Positions 1 through 12,720 of a DNA stretch of 64,000 nucleotides are shown here, piece after piece. The stretch covers positions 111,662,001 through 111,726,000 of the forward strand of contig OX597815.1 of assembly GCA_951406725.2 (NCBI GenBank), in the 5' to 3' direction. The DNA comes from Octopus vulgaris. Taxonomy: Eukaryota. The position numbers were made by a program, and so were the translations under genes. The notes beneath the pieces were generated by a model. It made no database searches. It saw nothing but the letters and a program-made list of their open reading frames with translations, and was not told where the DNA came from. How positions within the stretch are numbered: position 1 is the first letter of the stretch; each line of letters starts with the position of its first letter.

Positions 1-560
1 TATAGAAACAGGCTGCTGACATTGTTCCTAATTTGATTATGAACCGTTGTTCGTTCTGTGTTCTTGATGATATGGTCACATTATACGTACAGATCGCTAT
101 GGTTATAAGTCGGTGATAGAATGTCCTGTGCTGAAATGAGTGATCAGAGGCTGGACAGATATATAGTATTGTGATATGATTATACTTCCAAATCTGATTG
201 GGGATATGCCGACCTTTTATCTCGATGTATATATCCTCGCAATACTTCCAACTTGTCCAATTTATGAGGTTAGGATACGTACAAGAAATTTTCACTGTTA
301 TGTCAGACAGACATAGGGCGGTTGATGTTTGCGGTGTTGATAATATCCCGGCAAATGTTGGATCGTTGGCGATTGCTATATTGCATCTGGTGGGCGGAAC
401 GGAGCCTCAATTTACGTGTTTGCTGTGGGTAAAAATAAGATCGGTTGAATAAGAAAGCAGTATTCAGAAAGTATGAATCTTTAAGTGTTTCACAAAAAGG
501 ATATGCGGGTGAATTATGAGAGAGGGTGTTATTTGGTCTGTAGGTGTGCGGAAAAGCATG
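1..560 (-). mobile_element. Decayed Penelope-like element, GIY-YIG endonuclease remnant
   Basis: Manual minus-strand translation gives broken motifs YIEIKGRH (cf. YIGETGR), PASDHSF and NEQRFIIKLGT, resembling the PLE GIY-YIG C-terminus; many stops and frameshifts. Confidence 0.45.
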
Positions 561-868
561 TTGTGAGTGGTACCGCTGAAGATGGCTGCGATCCAGCAGA
601 GTCTAAAATCTAAAACTGTGTGATTCAAATCTCAATTCAAAAAGAAATATCGCTTCCTCACGTATTGGGATTTGAAATCCGAATGAATGTGCGCACATAC
701 ACACATATATATATATAGGAACTCATACAGACACATTCACGTATATACAAACATACATATCTGCGTGAATACATACAAACACACACTCACACGTATGTAT
801 ATATATATACATATCTAACTATCTATATATACGTGCGTGAGTGTATATGTGTGTATACATATAAATAT

Positions 869-918
<50 letters not shown>

Positions 919-977
919 ATATACATATAAATACACACGCAGACACACACACACATATACATACATACATACATACA

Positions 978-1011
<34 letters not shown>

Positions 1012-1046
1012 CATACATACATACATACATACATACATACATACAG

Positions 1047-1255
1047 ATCGCCATGTTGATTCGCTAGCTTCTGCACGCATTTTTTTCTTCCTTGTTTCTC
1101 TCCGTGTTTCTTTTCTGTGTATCTTTCTGTTGAAGAGCGTACTCTCGAAACGTAAAAGACTTGTTTTATTTATATTCCTGAGCGCCATACTAATACAATT
1201 GTTTGTTTGTATTCCACCTGCCTTCGTCTTTTGTTTATTTTCATAAAGCTTCCCG

Positions 1256-1257
<2 letters not shown>
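1047..1257 (+). mobile_element. Solo Penelope-like pseudo-LTR
   Basis: Colinear homology with the reverse complement of 10150-10343, the 3' terminal region of the PLE (tcgccatg..gctagc..ctccttgtttct..gaagagcgta..cgaaacgt..gagcg..actaataca..ccacctg). Confidence 0.75.
1122..1159 (+). ncRNA. Minimal hammerhead-ribozyme-like motif (PLE type, A6->U variant)
   Basis: TCTTT-CTGTTGA-AGAGcgtaCTCTc-GAAA-CG-TA-AAAGA: helix I TCTTT/AAAGA, helix II AGAG/CTCT, palindromic ACGT helix III. Confidence 0.55.
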
Positions 1258-1286
<29 letters not shown>

Positions 1287-1320
1287 CATACATACATACA
1301 TACATACATACATACATACA

Positions 1321-1354
<34 letters not shown>

Positions 1355-2270
1355 CATACATACATATATCGGTTGCAGCCTATGGATGTGACTTGGCAGA
1401 TCAGTTGTAAAGAAAATTTGTGTTGGGGCTATAAATTCTCGAAATTCTGACTATGCTGAACTTTCAACAACCTACCTATTTTTGTGCCACAATAAAATAT
1501 TCCTTCCACACTACTTGCAGTTTCTGAGTGACCTCACAGAGAATCAAAGTTTGTTTTGATTATGAAATATTGATTGCTAGCGAGTATTTCACATAACGCC
1601 CATAGATATAGTACTACTTATTTAATTGCAGACAAATTCGATGTAGACTTTGAATTTTTTTTTTATTTTATCTCTACCTTGCTTTCTTTCATTCGTTTTT
1701 TTTTTCGCTTTCAACAGATTTAAATATATATTTCACTCACACAAATTCAAACTGAAAGTAAATGTCTTGTTGCTAATGCTTCCTTATATTTAAGATCCAT
1801 CATCATATTTGTTTTCGCCAACTTGAAAAATGTGCGAACTCCGCAAACTACTTATCCATCATCTCTGGTTTTAAACTACGTACGTGCAATGATTCATTCA
1901 TTCATCTATACATTTACCATGAGCCAAAATATTGTAAATTTCTCATTGAAATTTCCAAAAGTATTTGTTCAATGGTGTCTGCTGCAGTTTGTTAAAAAAA
2001 ATGGAAGAAATTTATAAATAATTGATCGATTTTACCAATATATACCTGGCCTTCACGTAGCTATCATCTACATTATGTGACATTTCCATGAACATCACTT
2101 TCCGTGTACCAGACAAGATTTCCCAACAAAACATCTTACTGTTTTGTATCCATGATTTTTTATTTCAGCAATTTTGTATCGAGAGTAGAGCAGAAAAAGT
2201 ATTACCTATACACACATTTTGCTAGTAAAATGAATAACGATGATAATAAGGCTTATAAAACCGACATATA

Positions 2271-2415
2271 TGTTTCTTTATTACCCACAAGGGGCTAAAC
2301 ATAGAGGGGACAAACAAGGACAGACAAAGGTATTAAGTCGATTACATCGACCCCAGTGCGGAACTGGTACTTAATTTATCGACCCCGAAAGGATGAAAGG
2401 CAAAGTCGACCTCGG
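2271..2415 (-). mobile_element. 5'-truncated tRNA-SINE family A with 16-bp TSD
   Basis: Core gaggtcgactttgcctttcatcctttcggggtcgataaa; perfect TSD ataaaaccgacatata at 2255-2270 and 2416-2431. Confidence 0.9.
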
Positions 2416-2823
2416 ATAAAACCGACATATAATTAAGTACAATGAAACAGTAATAATGCGAAAGTAAGGTGGCGGAGGAAACATTATCTTATTTGTATAA
2501 TTCTGGTTTTTATAAACCCAGTAGAAACACATACAAAATTAAACATTAATAATTAGGCTTTGAAAGTATCTCTCTACTTGAAATTATTATCAACGCCGTC
2601 ATCATCATCATATTTTTTTTATTTTACATTTTGCGTGTTAGACTTTGCTTATTGGCATTTCTTCAAGCTCTTTAAAATTTGGGTTCACATCCTGTGATTT
2701 AACCCTTTCGCAATTGTTAAAATAAGCACGTGTCGCGTATGGTGTATCATGTAATCGATTAAACTGCTCCTTCTAAAGTTGCTGGTCTTGTGCCAAAATT
2801 TGAAACTGCTTAGTAGAAATGTT

Positions 2824-2846
2824 TGTTGTTGTTGTTGTTGTTGTTG

Positions 2847-2925
<79 letters not shown>

Positions 2926-2937
2926 CATCATCATCAT
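2824..2937. repeat. Compound (TTG)n(TTA)n(TCA)n microsatellite
   Basis: Seen directly. Confidence 0.95.
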
Positions 2938-3155
2938 TAATGAGTTGAGATGACGGAATCGTTAGCATGCCAGATAAAATCCTTAGCAGGATTTCGTCCG
3001 TCACTCTTGCGTTCTGAATTCAAATTCCGCTTAGGTCGACTTTGTCTCTCATCCTTTCGGGGTCGATAAAATAAGTACCAGCTTGAACACTGGCGTCGAT
3101 GTAATCGACTAACCCCTCCCCTGAAATTGCTGTCCTCGTGCCAAAATTTGAAATT
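2938..3155 (+). mobile_element. tRNA-SINE family A, near full length
   Basis: tRNA-like head with B-box-like aattcaaattcc, same core as 2271-2415, tail aaattgctgtcctcgtgccaaaatttgaaa. Confidence 0.85.
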
Positions 3156-4793
3156 ATTTAAATTTTTATTGTTGTGCTTCTTATTGTTCTTGTTGATGTT
3201 TTTATTGTTCTTATCTTTAATACTTCTACTATTATTATATCGAGCGTGGTGTATTGACATAAATAGGCAGAGAATGTGAAAATACTACACATTAAATTCA
3301 TGAGTATGTTAAGCATACATGATAAGAAACAAAATAATCAATAAAACTTCCACCTTGAACAGTCCGTCACCGTGTCATAGCGTAGGGTAAAAATAATATC
3401 GCTTGTACTAAATGTACAAGCATCAGTAAAGGCACAAAGTACAATTCCAATGAAGAGCGCCTTCAGGAAGGACAAATTGTTGCGGCTGCTAAGCAGTCAC
3501 ACCGTCAAGAAAGATAATATATATAATAACGCAGCAAAATTTACTACTTAACGAAAGGACAAGGGAATGAAAAATTATACGTGATAGAAATAACAAACGG
3601 TTCTCCCCTCATTTACATTCTACCACTTCAAACAGAGATGAGATATTTCATAATACGGAAGAGGATATCTTTTACATAGACCGGATAGTCAGAGCGTAAT
3701 GCCTTTCATCATAGTCCTGCTTAATATAGGCTGGCAAGTATCTAATAAAGAAAAGCATTAAAGAAAATAAGATTGAATATAAAATATCCAATATATAATA
3801 TATTGATGTGCACTTGAAGATGTGAAAAGTATCTCAGAAAATGTGATCCAGCACAACAGAAAAATATATCGGACGGCCATCAGTTGCAGCTGGATTAGAA
3901 ATAAAATGGAAGTGGGAACCAGATATCAGGAACTATGTGATTTGTTACATGTGGGGTGATTCTTGATTACGGATTTTAGAGCTTTCACTATCAGTATATC
4001 CCACCACAAGATTCTGAGAGTCCAGCACAATGTTTACAAAGCTCAACTTCCATATGAACATACACATACATACTCACACATGGCTTTAAGATTGGAAGCC
4101 CACCACAACTATTTTCTCACTAACGTCCTGCACACATATCACACCGCCCAAACAATACCTTGTAGGCGGTTACTTTCGCACCGTGAGGGCGTTCTGGCTT
4201 TTTATGGATGAAACTCGTAAAATACTCCTTTGAAATTCTCCTAGGGTTGCTTTTTTGCACACCGCTTTTTCTTTATTTTTTAATTTCTAGCACCCATAAA
4301 CCGGATATAACTTTTGCTCACCTCCTGTAGCAGAACGCGATCACCACACTGTTCATATAAGCGCTTCTAACACTTATATCAAACTGATTAGTAAAAATCG
4401 CCAAAATGTTTTTGTAATACTGTATTGAATAAATGTTAATATACTCACGAGTCTCTATAGTGAGTGGAAATTTGCTATACTTATATTTTATGACTTATAG
4501 ATTCTTCAATGATTGTATATGTGTGTATGTATGTGTATGTGTGAATATGTGTGTGTGTTATACATATGTATGTATATATGAGTGTGAATGATCGAATTGT
4601 TTATATAACTTTCTTTTGTAATCTGTTGATACTCGAAATGATTTTACGTTAGACAGAATTTTATTAATGTCTTTACATTTTGTTCAGCTGAGTTGTAAAT
4701 GTTAAATGTTAAATATAATAGTTGCATTGTACAGTGTAGATATGAGGCGGTTAAACGCTATCCATCTAATTGCATACCAGGCACAACTATAAA

Positions 4794-4878
4794 TATATAG
4801 ATATTTTCGATTTAGTGTGGATTCTTTGCCATCAAATATGATGGCAAAGAATCCAAACTAGTTCGAAAACATCTATAT
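4794..4878. repeat. Imperfect palindrome / fold-back element
   Basis: tggattctttgccatca-aata-tgatggcaaagaatcca core, extended by atatagatattttcga / tcgaaaacatctatat. Confidence 0.8.
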
Positions 4879-7226
4879 TTCTCAACTTGAGAGCAGTTTA
4901 CAGGAATTTAGACGAAGTTCATTAAAACAATGGCAGTATACATCTACAGGAATTTAAAAATGTTAAATGTTTAAATACACATTTTAATGGTGTAGCGTGA
5001 TTTTGATATGTGTACATAGCGGCTATTCGGGCTAAATGTTACAATTAATTAATATCACCATTTTTCAGGAGGTTTTGTTCCCTGTCATACCTCAAGAGAG
5101 AGCCAGAAGTGATTGTCTGCGAATTTCTACATCACGACGCACTCCAGTTTCTAATCTCCTAATTCCCCTACTTGTATTCCTGTACATTACTCTGTATCGG
5201 GCGCCGTTCAGGAACACACAAACTACAATGCCTATAACTGAGCTGGTGGTCAAGATTAAGGAGATGGTGGAAGCTGAGGTCGGCTATGTTGATTGTATCT
5301 TCCAGCCATGATTTAGTTTATATGCATATATATATATATTAAATACTTTCAGTTGTGGGTGAAACAGTGTGACTCTTTTTCCTTTTATGCAAACTGAAAT
5401 TTATGCCGAATATCCTGTACAATTATTTTATTCGAATTAGATATCTAAAACAGAGAGTTCAATATTTGAGGAAAATTAGCAGTTTTTCAGCCATTTGTGT
5501 TTTCTACGTGATAAAATTGTTATCAATATACCATTTTATTTAATGACTAATCCTATAACTGGAAAGCTATTTTATAACATAAAAACAAATACTAAACACA
5601 CTGAATTCGTATTAGTTTCAAGTATAATAATTAACGCCTTAGTTGTTTTAAGATGCAAAATATTCTGAGAATAGAATTTGTAAAACCGCTAGAGCAAACT
5701 TAATGATATCACCAATACGGACCATTTTTTTCCCGGTACATTACAATGGAGATGAAAGAAACTTCTAAGACAAGTCTGCGTTGATTGTATTGATTGTATG
5801 ATTTGTGCTAAAGAAAATACGTGTAGCAATGTACTCTAATACTTTTCTAGACAGATGAAATAAATGTATTTGATACTCACCTTCAGAAACTATGTCTATG
5901 ACTATATAATACATAGAAAAGTAATAGGCGGGTTGAATTTCCAATGGGTGTATAGTCTTGAGGGAATATGAAATATAAGCGTTAGTACAAGGGTATCTGG
6001 TAAACAATGATACTTAGTAGACAAGGTATGACATGAGTAAACATTGTAAGGGACAGACGCATCTGTCGTAACGTTAGGAAATGTACAGTGAGGAGGGCTC
6101 TAATTATTTAACATACTGAAAATTCGAACATGTATCATTTTATCTAAATCAAAACTGTTTCTTTGTTGACACGTTGATTGTGAAATTGACAAATAAATTA
6201 AACATTTTTAGCCTATTTTGTGAAAACCACCACTGATTTTCAATCAAAAAGAAGCAGTTCTTAATAACATTTATGATTGTTTTGAAATGGACCTAACTTA
6301 GTTTCATATTCAATCATAAAAATGTATTTTTTAAAGACCTGCTGATTATCAAATAATTTACGCACCTATTCCATTTGTACAGAGAGCAATGAACTTCTAA
6401 TCAATAATTAATGAATAAAAAAAATTATAAACATGAAAAACAAATGTAATTATCTATTATACACATCCATCTGCAATGAAACCAATATAATTAAAACGAA
6501 ATATTTGTTCGACTATTCCAATCACAATGCAACCGGTCACTTGTTTTCAGCTTACATACAGTCGCACGCTTATGTCTGCTAAAATATTTTCGATATTTGA
6601 AGTTTACCGACGGTTAGACTTTAATTGTGACAAAGTAGGTGTTTTTATTTTTATATTTGATTTCAGTTTGCCAACAAAGTAACAGCACTTTTGCAGTGAT
6701 CCTAATAGCAACTTCTAAAGAACCATTCTTAGAATTTCTTTTTCCGTTTCGCCTTTACACATCTTATTTCAATGTTAGAAGTATAACATGTGCGTTACTG
6801 GCTACATGTCTGTGCGCGTGTGCGGGCACCTTATTTATGGTATTCAAAAATATATTGAGGAATAAATTGATAGGCATAAGTAGTTGGCTTCAAATAATTG
6901 TAAAATGCTTTTGCCTAAAAATATGTAATTTACAATGATCATGTATATTTTGAAGTGACTGTCATATAAAGAGTATCACGCCATGGCTCGATTCAGATTG
7001 ATGCGGTATGCGCACGTGATCATTCTTTGTGAATTTTATAGCGTTGATGTGTAGGTCGGCTTCCTCTCAAACGGGTAACTGATCTTGGTTGTAGGTATAT
7101 TCTGATTTTAAAATAATTCAACCAGACAGAGTTGAGTTTGTTGCTGATTTCTCGCATGTTTTGTGCCGTCTGCAGTTGACTCTTTCATTTATACAATTTA
7201 ATCTTATAGTTATTTGTTCTCCAGGT

Positions 7227-7441
7227 CAGTGGTTTCCAACCTTTTCACATTGGTTTCCAACAGTAGTTCCCAACAGTGGTTCCCAACCCTTTAATTAAAA
7301 TGGATTTTTCCACAGACCCCTTGTAATATTCTTGTCCTTATGTATATATTTATGTATGAAATTTTTAATTTAGTTCACAGATACCTAGTACTACCTTTCT
7401 GGACCACCTAGGGTCCGCGGGTCCCAGGCTGGGAACCACTG
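7227..7441. mobile_element. hAT (Charlie-like) MITE
   Basis: TIRs CAGTGGTTTCCAACC / GGCTGGGAACCACTG; 8-bp TSD ctccaggt (7219-7226) / ctctaggt (7442-7449). Confidence 0.85.
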
Positions 7442-8649
7442 CTCTAGGTATTGATTTTTAGCTAATGGAATAAGACAAATTTGTGGTAAATATGAATTTT
7501 CATGTTGTTAATTCATGTATAGTTTAAAGATTCCCCATTATAGTATTATTGCTTTCTGTGTATGTAGCATTGAATGAGTCATATAGAACGTTATTTATAG
7601 CGTGTCTGTAGCATGCATAAGTATTGGTTAACTGCTTCGATATATTTGTCAACAAACTCAGGACTAAATATAATAGCAGAGGGAATACACTACTGGATAG
7701 TATAAATACTAATGATTTATATATTATTGATGAACTCATAATGGCTATGCAACTATCTATTTTGATTTCTGGGAATTAAGGTAAATATAACCTTGAAACT
7801 ATAAAACTAGAACTAGTAACCCCGAGTTAATCTCTATCTCTAGTGAATGTTCGTAAACAAATAGATTGCAATATATACATCACGTGAATGAGCCATGCCC
7901 GAGAGATAAAGAAATGCAGAAAAGGAAGGCAAGGAAGAAGGTAAAGCTCGTGTGAGTAAAGATTTGAATATTAATATACTTTCTATTGTCTAGTAGACCG
8001 ATGAATGTTGATCTTGGTCTTTATTCAATAATTCCTTTCTTTTATACAGTTGATACGGTTTTATGTGTAGTCGTTAAATACATTAATCATCATTTGTGGA
8101 CTCTATCGATAGTAGTAGTCTTCTAGTTGCTATGGTGATAGGTTTATAATTTTGTTGCTCACCTCTTTTAGTTATATTCGATAAAGTATCATTATTTTTC
8201 TAGTAGAGATTTTCTTCCCATTTATCCATTGTGTATCATAGTTATGATGTATGTGTTGTTGATTTATACCTTGTCACATGCTACAGTTCTCTTATTGTTA
8301 GTCTATTTTACATACTAATGACTCTTAATCTACGCCACAGCATAGATTTTGTCATTAATTTAAATGTCCAAATTCGGGTAATACTGCTTTTGCGTTTATG
8401 TTTTCCATATTACATCCCTTCTGCCTACCTCACCATTTTAGGACAGCCCACTTCTCTACTTGCTTCTGTTTTCGTATGAAATCTTTGCCAATATATATTG
8501 ATAATATATAGTTTGTCTGATAAGTTACTGTATTGGTATTTTTCTCAAAACCACCATATTTACTAATTATGATTACTTGCTTGTTTCCATAAATGTAGAG
8601 TAAAATATTTCATGAGATTTCGGCTGATATTGAATATCCTCGGGAATTA

Positions 8650-8816
8650 TTTCTCCTTTTATTCTTTTACTTGTTTTAGTAATTTCACCAAAGGATTTAT
8701 TCTTTGTATGCCTAGTACTTGTTCTATCGGCTTTTTAGCCGAACCGCTAAGTTATTGGGACGTAAACAAAGCAACTTCGATTGGCAAGCGATGGTATGGG
8801 ACGTGCAAACACACAT

Positions 8817-8896
<80 letters not shown>

Positions 8897-9050
8897 GATG
8901 GTGCTTTTTTCAGTTTTCGTCTACCCAAGCTGCTCATAAGGCTCTGGTCAGGCCTAGGCTATAGTAGAAGACACCCAAGGTGCCACGTAGTGGGACAGCA
9001 CCCGGAACAATGTGGTTGGTAAGCAAGCAGCTTACCACACAGCCACTCCG
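8650..9050 (-). mobile_element. tRNA-SINE family B with internal (CA)n/(TA)n tract
   Basis: Reverse-complement homolog of 18529-18915. Confidence 0.8.
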
Positions 9051-9279
9051 TATTAGTTTGGCATAATCTAGTTGTTACTCAACCTTGTTAATCATCATTT
9101 ATTCCTTTTTGTCTATTATCCCTGTAATTTTTCTCATCGTGGTTCCTTCTACGTATTCTACTTATATTGTTGCATTTTTCTGTGAAGTATGGGATGGAAC
9201 ATAAGTTTCTGTTGTTTTTAGGTAAATAAAATTGTTTTAGTTTATACAATTTCATATATATATATATAGATAGTAGACT

Positions 9280-10103
9280 TGAGCATTGATTATTGCACTA
9301 GGAGGTCACAATTCAACGTGGATTATTCCTTTTCAATCCCACCAGATAGAGAGAAAGACCTTTTTTCTATGAAGTTCCCTTCTCGATTATGGTTGAGCTT
9401 TTGCCGTTTTACCAAGCGACTGTTTACGACGCTTAACATTTCGATAGAAGATACATTTTTCATAACTAATCACAAGTCTATCCAAAAAGGGTGAAATGAG
9501 TTCGCGACAATGGAGTGAAGAGTAGATGTCATCTCGGGATTTGCGGTTGCTTTCGGAAATTCATGAGGCACCCATTTTCCAAGTTAAGGAACCTATCCAA
9601 GTTGTTGAATATGACGATGAACAGTTGTATGGTTTGAACTAAGCTTTATTGCTAATTCTTCAACTGATAATTCAGGATTTTCTTCAAGTAATGTCTCAAG
9701 GACCTTATCATCAAACTCAACTGGACGTCCTGTTCGATCTTTATGTTCAAGGCTAAAATCTCCACTTCTGAATTTTGCAAACCATCTTCTGCAAGTTCTT
9801 TCATTCAAGCATTCTTTCCCATAAACTGATTCTATGTGTCGAGTCGCTTCGTCTGCAGTGTTTCCTTTTTTGCATTCATAAAGCATTATGTGCCTTAAAT
9901 GCTCTTGGGATAATTCCATGTTAGAAAGGGTTTTAACCAAAGAAATTTTGATTCTATTATTTTGTAAAATAATATTTCATTAGATTCAATGTACACATAT
10001 GCATAAAAATAATTTTCAATTTAATTAGACATTCTGAAGTACTATTAAATTTCATTCAATTTTGAGTAATGGTAAAATCGGACAGTAATTATGGGATGGC
10101 CTG

Positions 10104-10105
<2 letters not shown>
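9280..10105 (-). mobile_element. Truncated mariner transposon (transposase pseudogene, one TIR)
   Basis: ORF 9593-9940 has the HTH region (RRWFAKFRSGDFSLE..R.GRP); downstream GKWVPHE, YEKCIFY and IWWD with stops; TIR tcaggccatcccataattactgtccg next to a TA run. Confidence 0.9.
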
Positions 10106-10149
<44 letters not shown>

Positions 10150-10150
<1 letters not shown>

Positions 10151-12720
10151 GGTAGGGAGAATTCACAAAAAACAGAAGACGGAGACAGGTGGTGTAGACA
10201 ACAAAGAGATGTATTAGTTTAACGCTCGGGAAGTGAAACATTCTTTAACGTTTCGAACCTACGCTCTTCCACAGAAAGGAACACAGAAAGAAACAAGGAG
10301 AGAAAATAAAGAATGAGTAGTGGCTAGCAATCTATCATGGCGAATGCCGGACAGAGGGTCACACAGGAGAGCTAGGAAGAAGGGGAGATAATAAAAGTAG
10401 TGATGATCTTAAAACGAAGGTGCGCGTGCGTGTTTATAAAAGAGTATATATGTGCATGTGGAAGAGTGCTGGTAACTTTGACTTGTGCGTGTGTGTATGT
10501 GTAGGTGTAAAGATGTGGGGCTGGGAAGTGGTCAGTGCTAGTATGTGCGTGGTGTTGTGATGTGATGTGATGTTGTATGGTATGGTTGTGTATGGTGTAG
10601 TGGTGTGTGGTGTGGTATGGTGTTGGGAGCTGGGGGAGGCGAGAGTGGGGAAAATAAGGGTGAGGTATGGATTACACTGAGGGTGGGGGTGGAGGCGGGG
10701 TATGTACGAAGGCAGAAGGTGGGGGTAGAGGTGGGGTATATAGGAGGGGATGTTAGGGATGGTGTGGGCTGGGCTGGGAAGGTTAGGGAAGGTGGGGTTG
10801 GAATGCGTAGGGGTGAGGTGGGGTTACGAGGGAGGGGTGACGATGAAGGGGGAAGGAGAAGCTGTGTAGGAGTGAAGAGAAGAAGTAGGAGTCGCATCAA
10901 GACAGGAGAAAGTAGTTGTGAGGGGGAGAGAGGCGAGAGGAGGAGAGGAGAGGAGAGCCCATGTGACGCAAAGGAGCAAAGAGAGAAGATTAATCCTTGT
11001 TCACGCGCAAACGGGAGTCCGGATGGCCCCTGTGCAAGGACAATCCAAACATGGACAGGTGTTGCAGAGAGTGACCGGTAGAGTCGAAATGCCGCGAGAC
11101 CGGGGTGTCATTGCTGAGTCAGATGTCTCGGAGGAATTCCGCGAACCTGTCAGCCAGCGGCGTCCCATTTGCCCGATGTATAGAGAATGGCAGGGAGAGC
11201 AGGTGACGCAGTAGATGACATTGGTAGAAGAGCAGGTGAAGGAGTCGGTGATGCGATAGAGTCGATGATAGGTGCCGGTGAGGAGGGTGGTGTTGGAGAG
11301 TTAAGGCCAAGTGCGGCAGCGTGGGCGGGAGCAGTGGAACGAGCCGGGCTGGGAGGTTGGATTATGGAAGAAGCTATGGACAAAGCGGTTTCCTAGGTTA
11401 CGAGCTCGTTTGAAGGAGGGGAGAGGTTGGTTAGGGAAGATGTGTGGAATGGAGTCGTCGGACTTGAGTCGCCGGAAGGCTCGGAGAATGGTGAAGATTA
11501 TCTAAGGTGTAGCGGAGAAGGTGAATATTATCCTGGATCGACCTGCCTTGGATTGAAGTAGGAGTGTGAATATGTGTGTTTGTAGTGAATGGAGGTGGTG
11601 AGAGAGGAGTGATAAATGCTGACCGAAATGTCACGAAAGGAGACAGATGTGTCAGAGATAGTGCAGGAGAAGTGGTGAGGAGGATGGAAAGATTTGATAA
11701 AAGAGATGAAGGAGCCTTGATGTTCGCAGGAGAGTGAGGTAGCACCGATACAGTCATCAATAAAACGGCCGTATAGTTCGGGAGAAGGACCAGTGAAACT
11801 TGAGAATATTTGGGCCCCAACGTAGCCAACAAACAGGTTCGCATATTTGGGGCCCATTCTTTTTCCCATAACCACTCCAGAGAATTGCTGGTATATATCA
11901 GCAGCGAACGAGAAGCAGTTAAGTGAGAGGACAAGTTCAGTCAGACGAACCAATGTGGCTGTGTCGGGTTGGGGGTTGAGTCGAAGATTAAGTAAATGTT
12001 GGAGTGCACGCAGCCCCTCGTGGTGAGGGATCGCCGTGTAAAGGCTCTGAATGTCGAGAGTGAAGAGAAGTGTAGAGGGGCCAGGAGGGAAGGAGAAAGA
12101 GTTGAACAAACGAAGCGCGTGGCTGGTGTTATGGATGTGAGAGGGGAAGGAAGCCATAACGGGGGGGGGTTGATATGGTCAAGACATCTGGAGATAAGTT
12201 CGGTGGGGCAGTTGGAGGCGGAGACGATGTGGGGCCAGGGTTGTTATGTTTGTGGATTTTGAGGAGGAAAGTAAATAGTAGGGGTGTGAAGGGTTTGGAC
12301 AATGAGGCTAGAGGCGGTTGGGGAGACGGGAGGAGGGGTCATGGATAGTGGAGGACACATTCTGTTGGTAGCTGGGCGTGGTGTCAGAGCGATGAGGGCA
12401 GTAGAAGGAGGTGTCTTGAAGTTGGCGGAGATCTTCGGCCTTGTAGCTGTCCGCGCACCACGCCACCACGGCTCCACCTTTGTCAGCCGGTTTTATAATG
12501 AAGTCAGTGCGGCGTCGGAGACATCAAAGGGCCGAAAGTTTGGCTGGGAAGCTGTTCAGATGAAGGCTACGCTTGGAAATGTTAAACCGGTCCATAGTGC
12601 GCTGGCAGGTGCACGCAAAAAGATCGACTGCTTGGAATTGGCCAGGAGCCGGCGTCCACTAGGATGGTCGGCGAACCAGGTCGGTGAAGCAGTCGTCCTC
12701 ATTAGATGCAGGTGGAATAT
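10150..12720 (-). mobile_element. Penelope-like retroelement, decayed RT + GIY-YIG + 3' pseudo-LTR
   Basis: ORF 11528-12157 has LFTLDIQSLYTAIPH, GVVMG..MGPKYANLFV, RFIDDC and TSIHYKHT; GIY-YIG remnant LADRFAEFLRDI near 11120-11230; pLTR 10150-10343; 5' boundary approximate. Confidence 0.9.
10242..10279 (-). ncRNA. Minimal hammerhead-ribozyme-like motif in PLE pseudo-LTR
   Basis: cCTTT-CTGTGGA-aGAGCgtagGTTC-GAAA-CG-TT-AAAG on the minus strand; same position as 1122-1159. Confidence 0.55.

Larger units (their letters stand above)
870..1368. repeat. (TA)n and (TACA)n microsatellites flanking a solo pseudo-LTR
   Basis: (TA)n 870-916; (TACA)n ~957-1044 and ~1257-1368; source of the YVCM/YIHT ORFs. 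Confidence 0.95.

Noticed and set aside
815-1410. Many ORFs of YVCM/YIHT/IYIY type here, and poly-I/N/L/S/K ORFs elsewhere
   Set aside because: They are translations of stop-free microsatellite frames, not genes
5036-5311. Possible host exon or small CDS
   Set aside because: No recognisable domain and no convincing splice-site pair; short exons elsewhere cannot be excluded without RNA data
10538-11505. Pro-rich and Gly-rich ORFs
   Set aside because: Alternative frames of the C-rich Penelope 3' region
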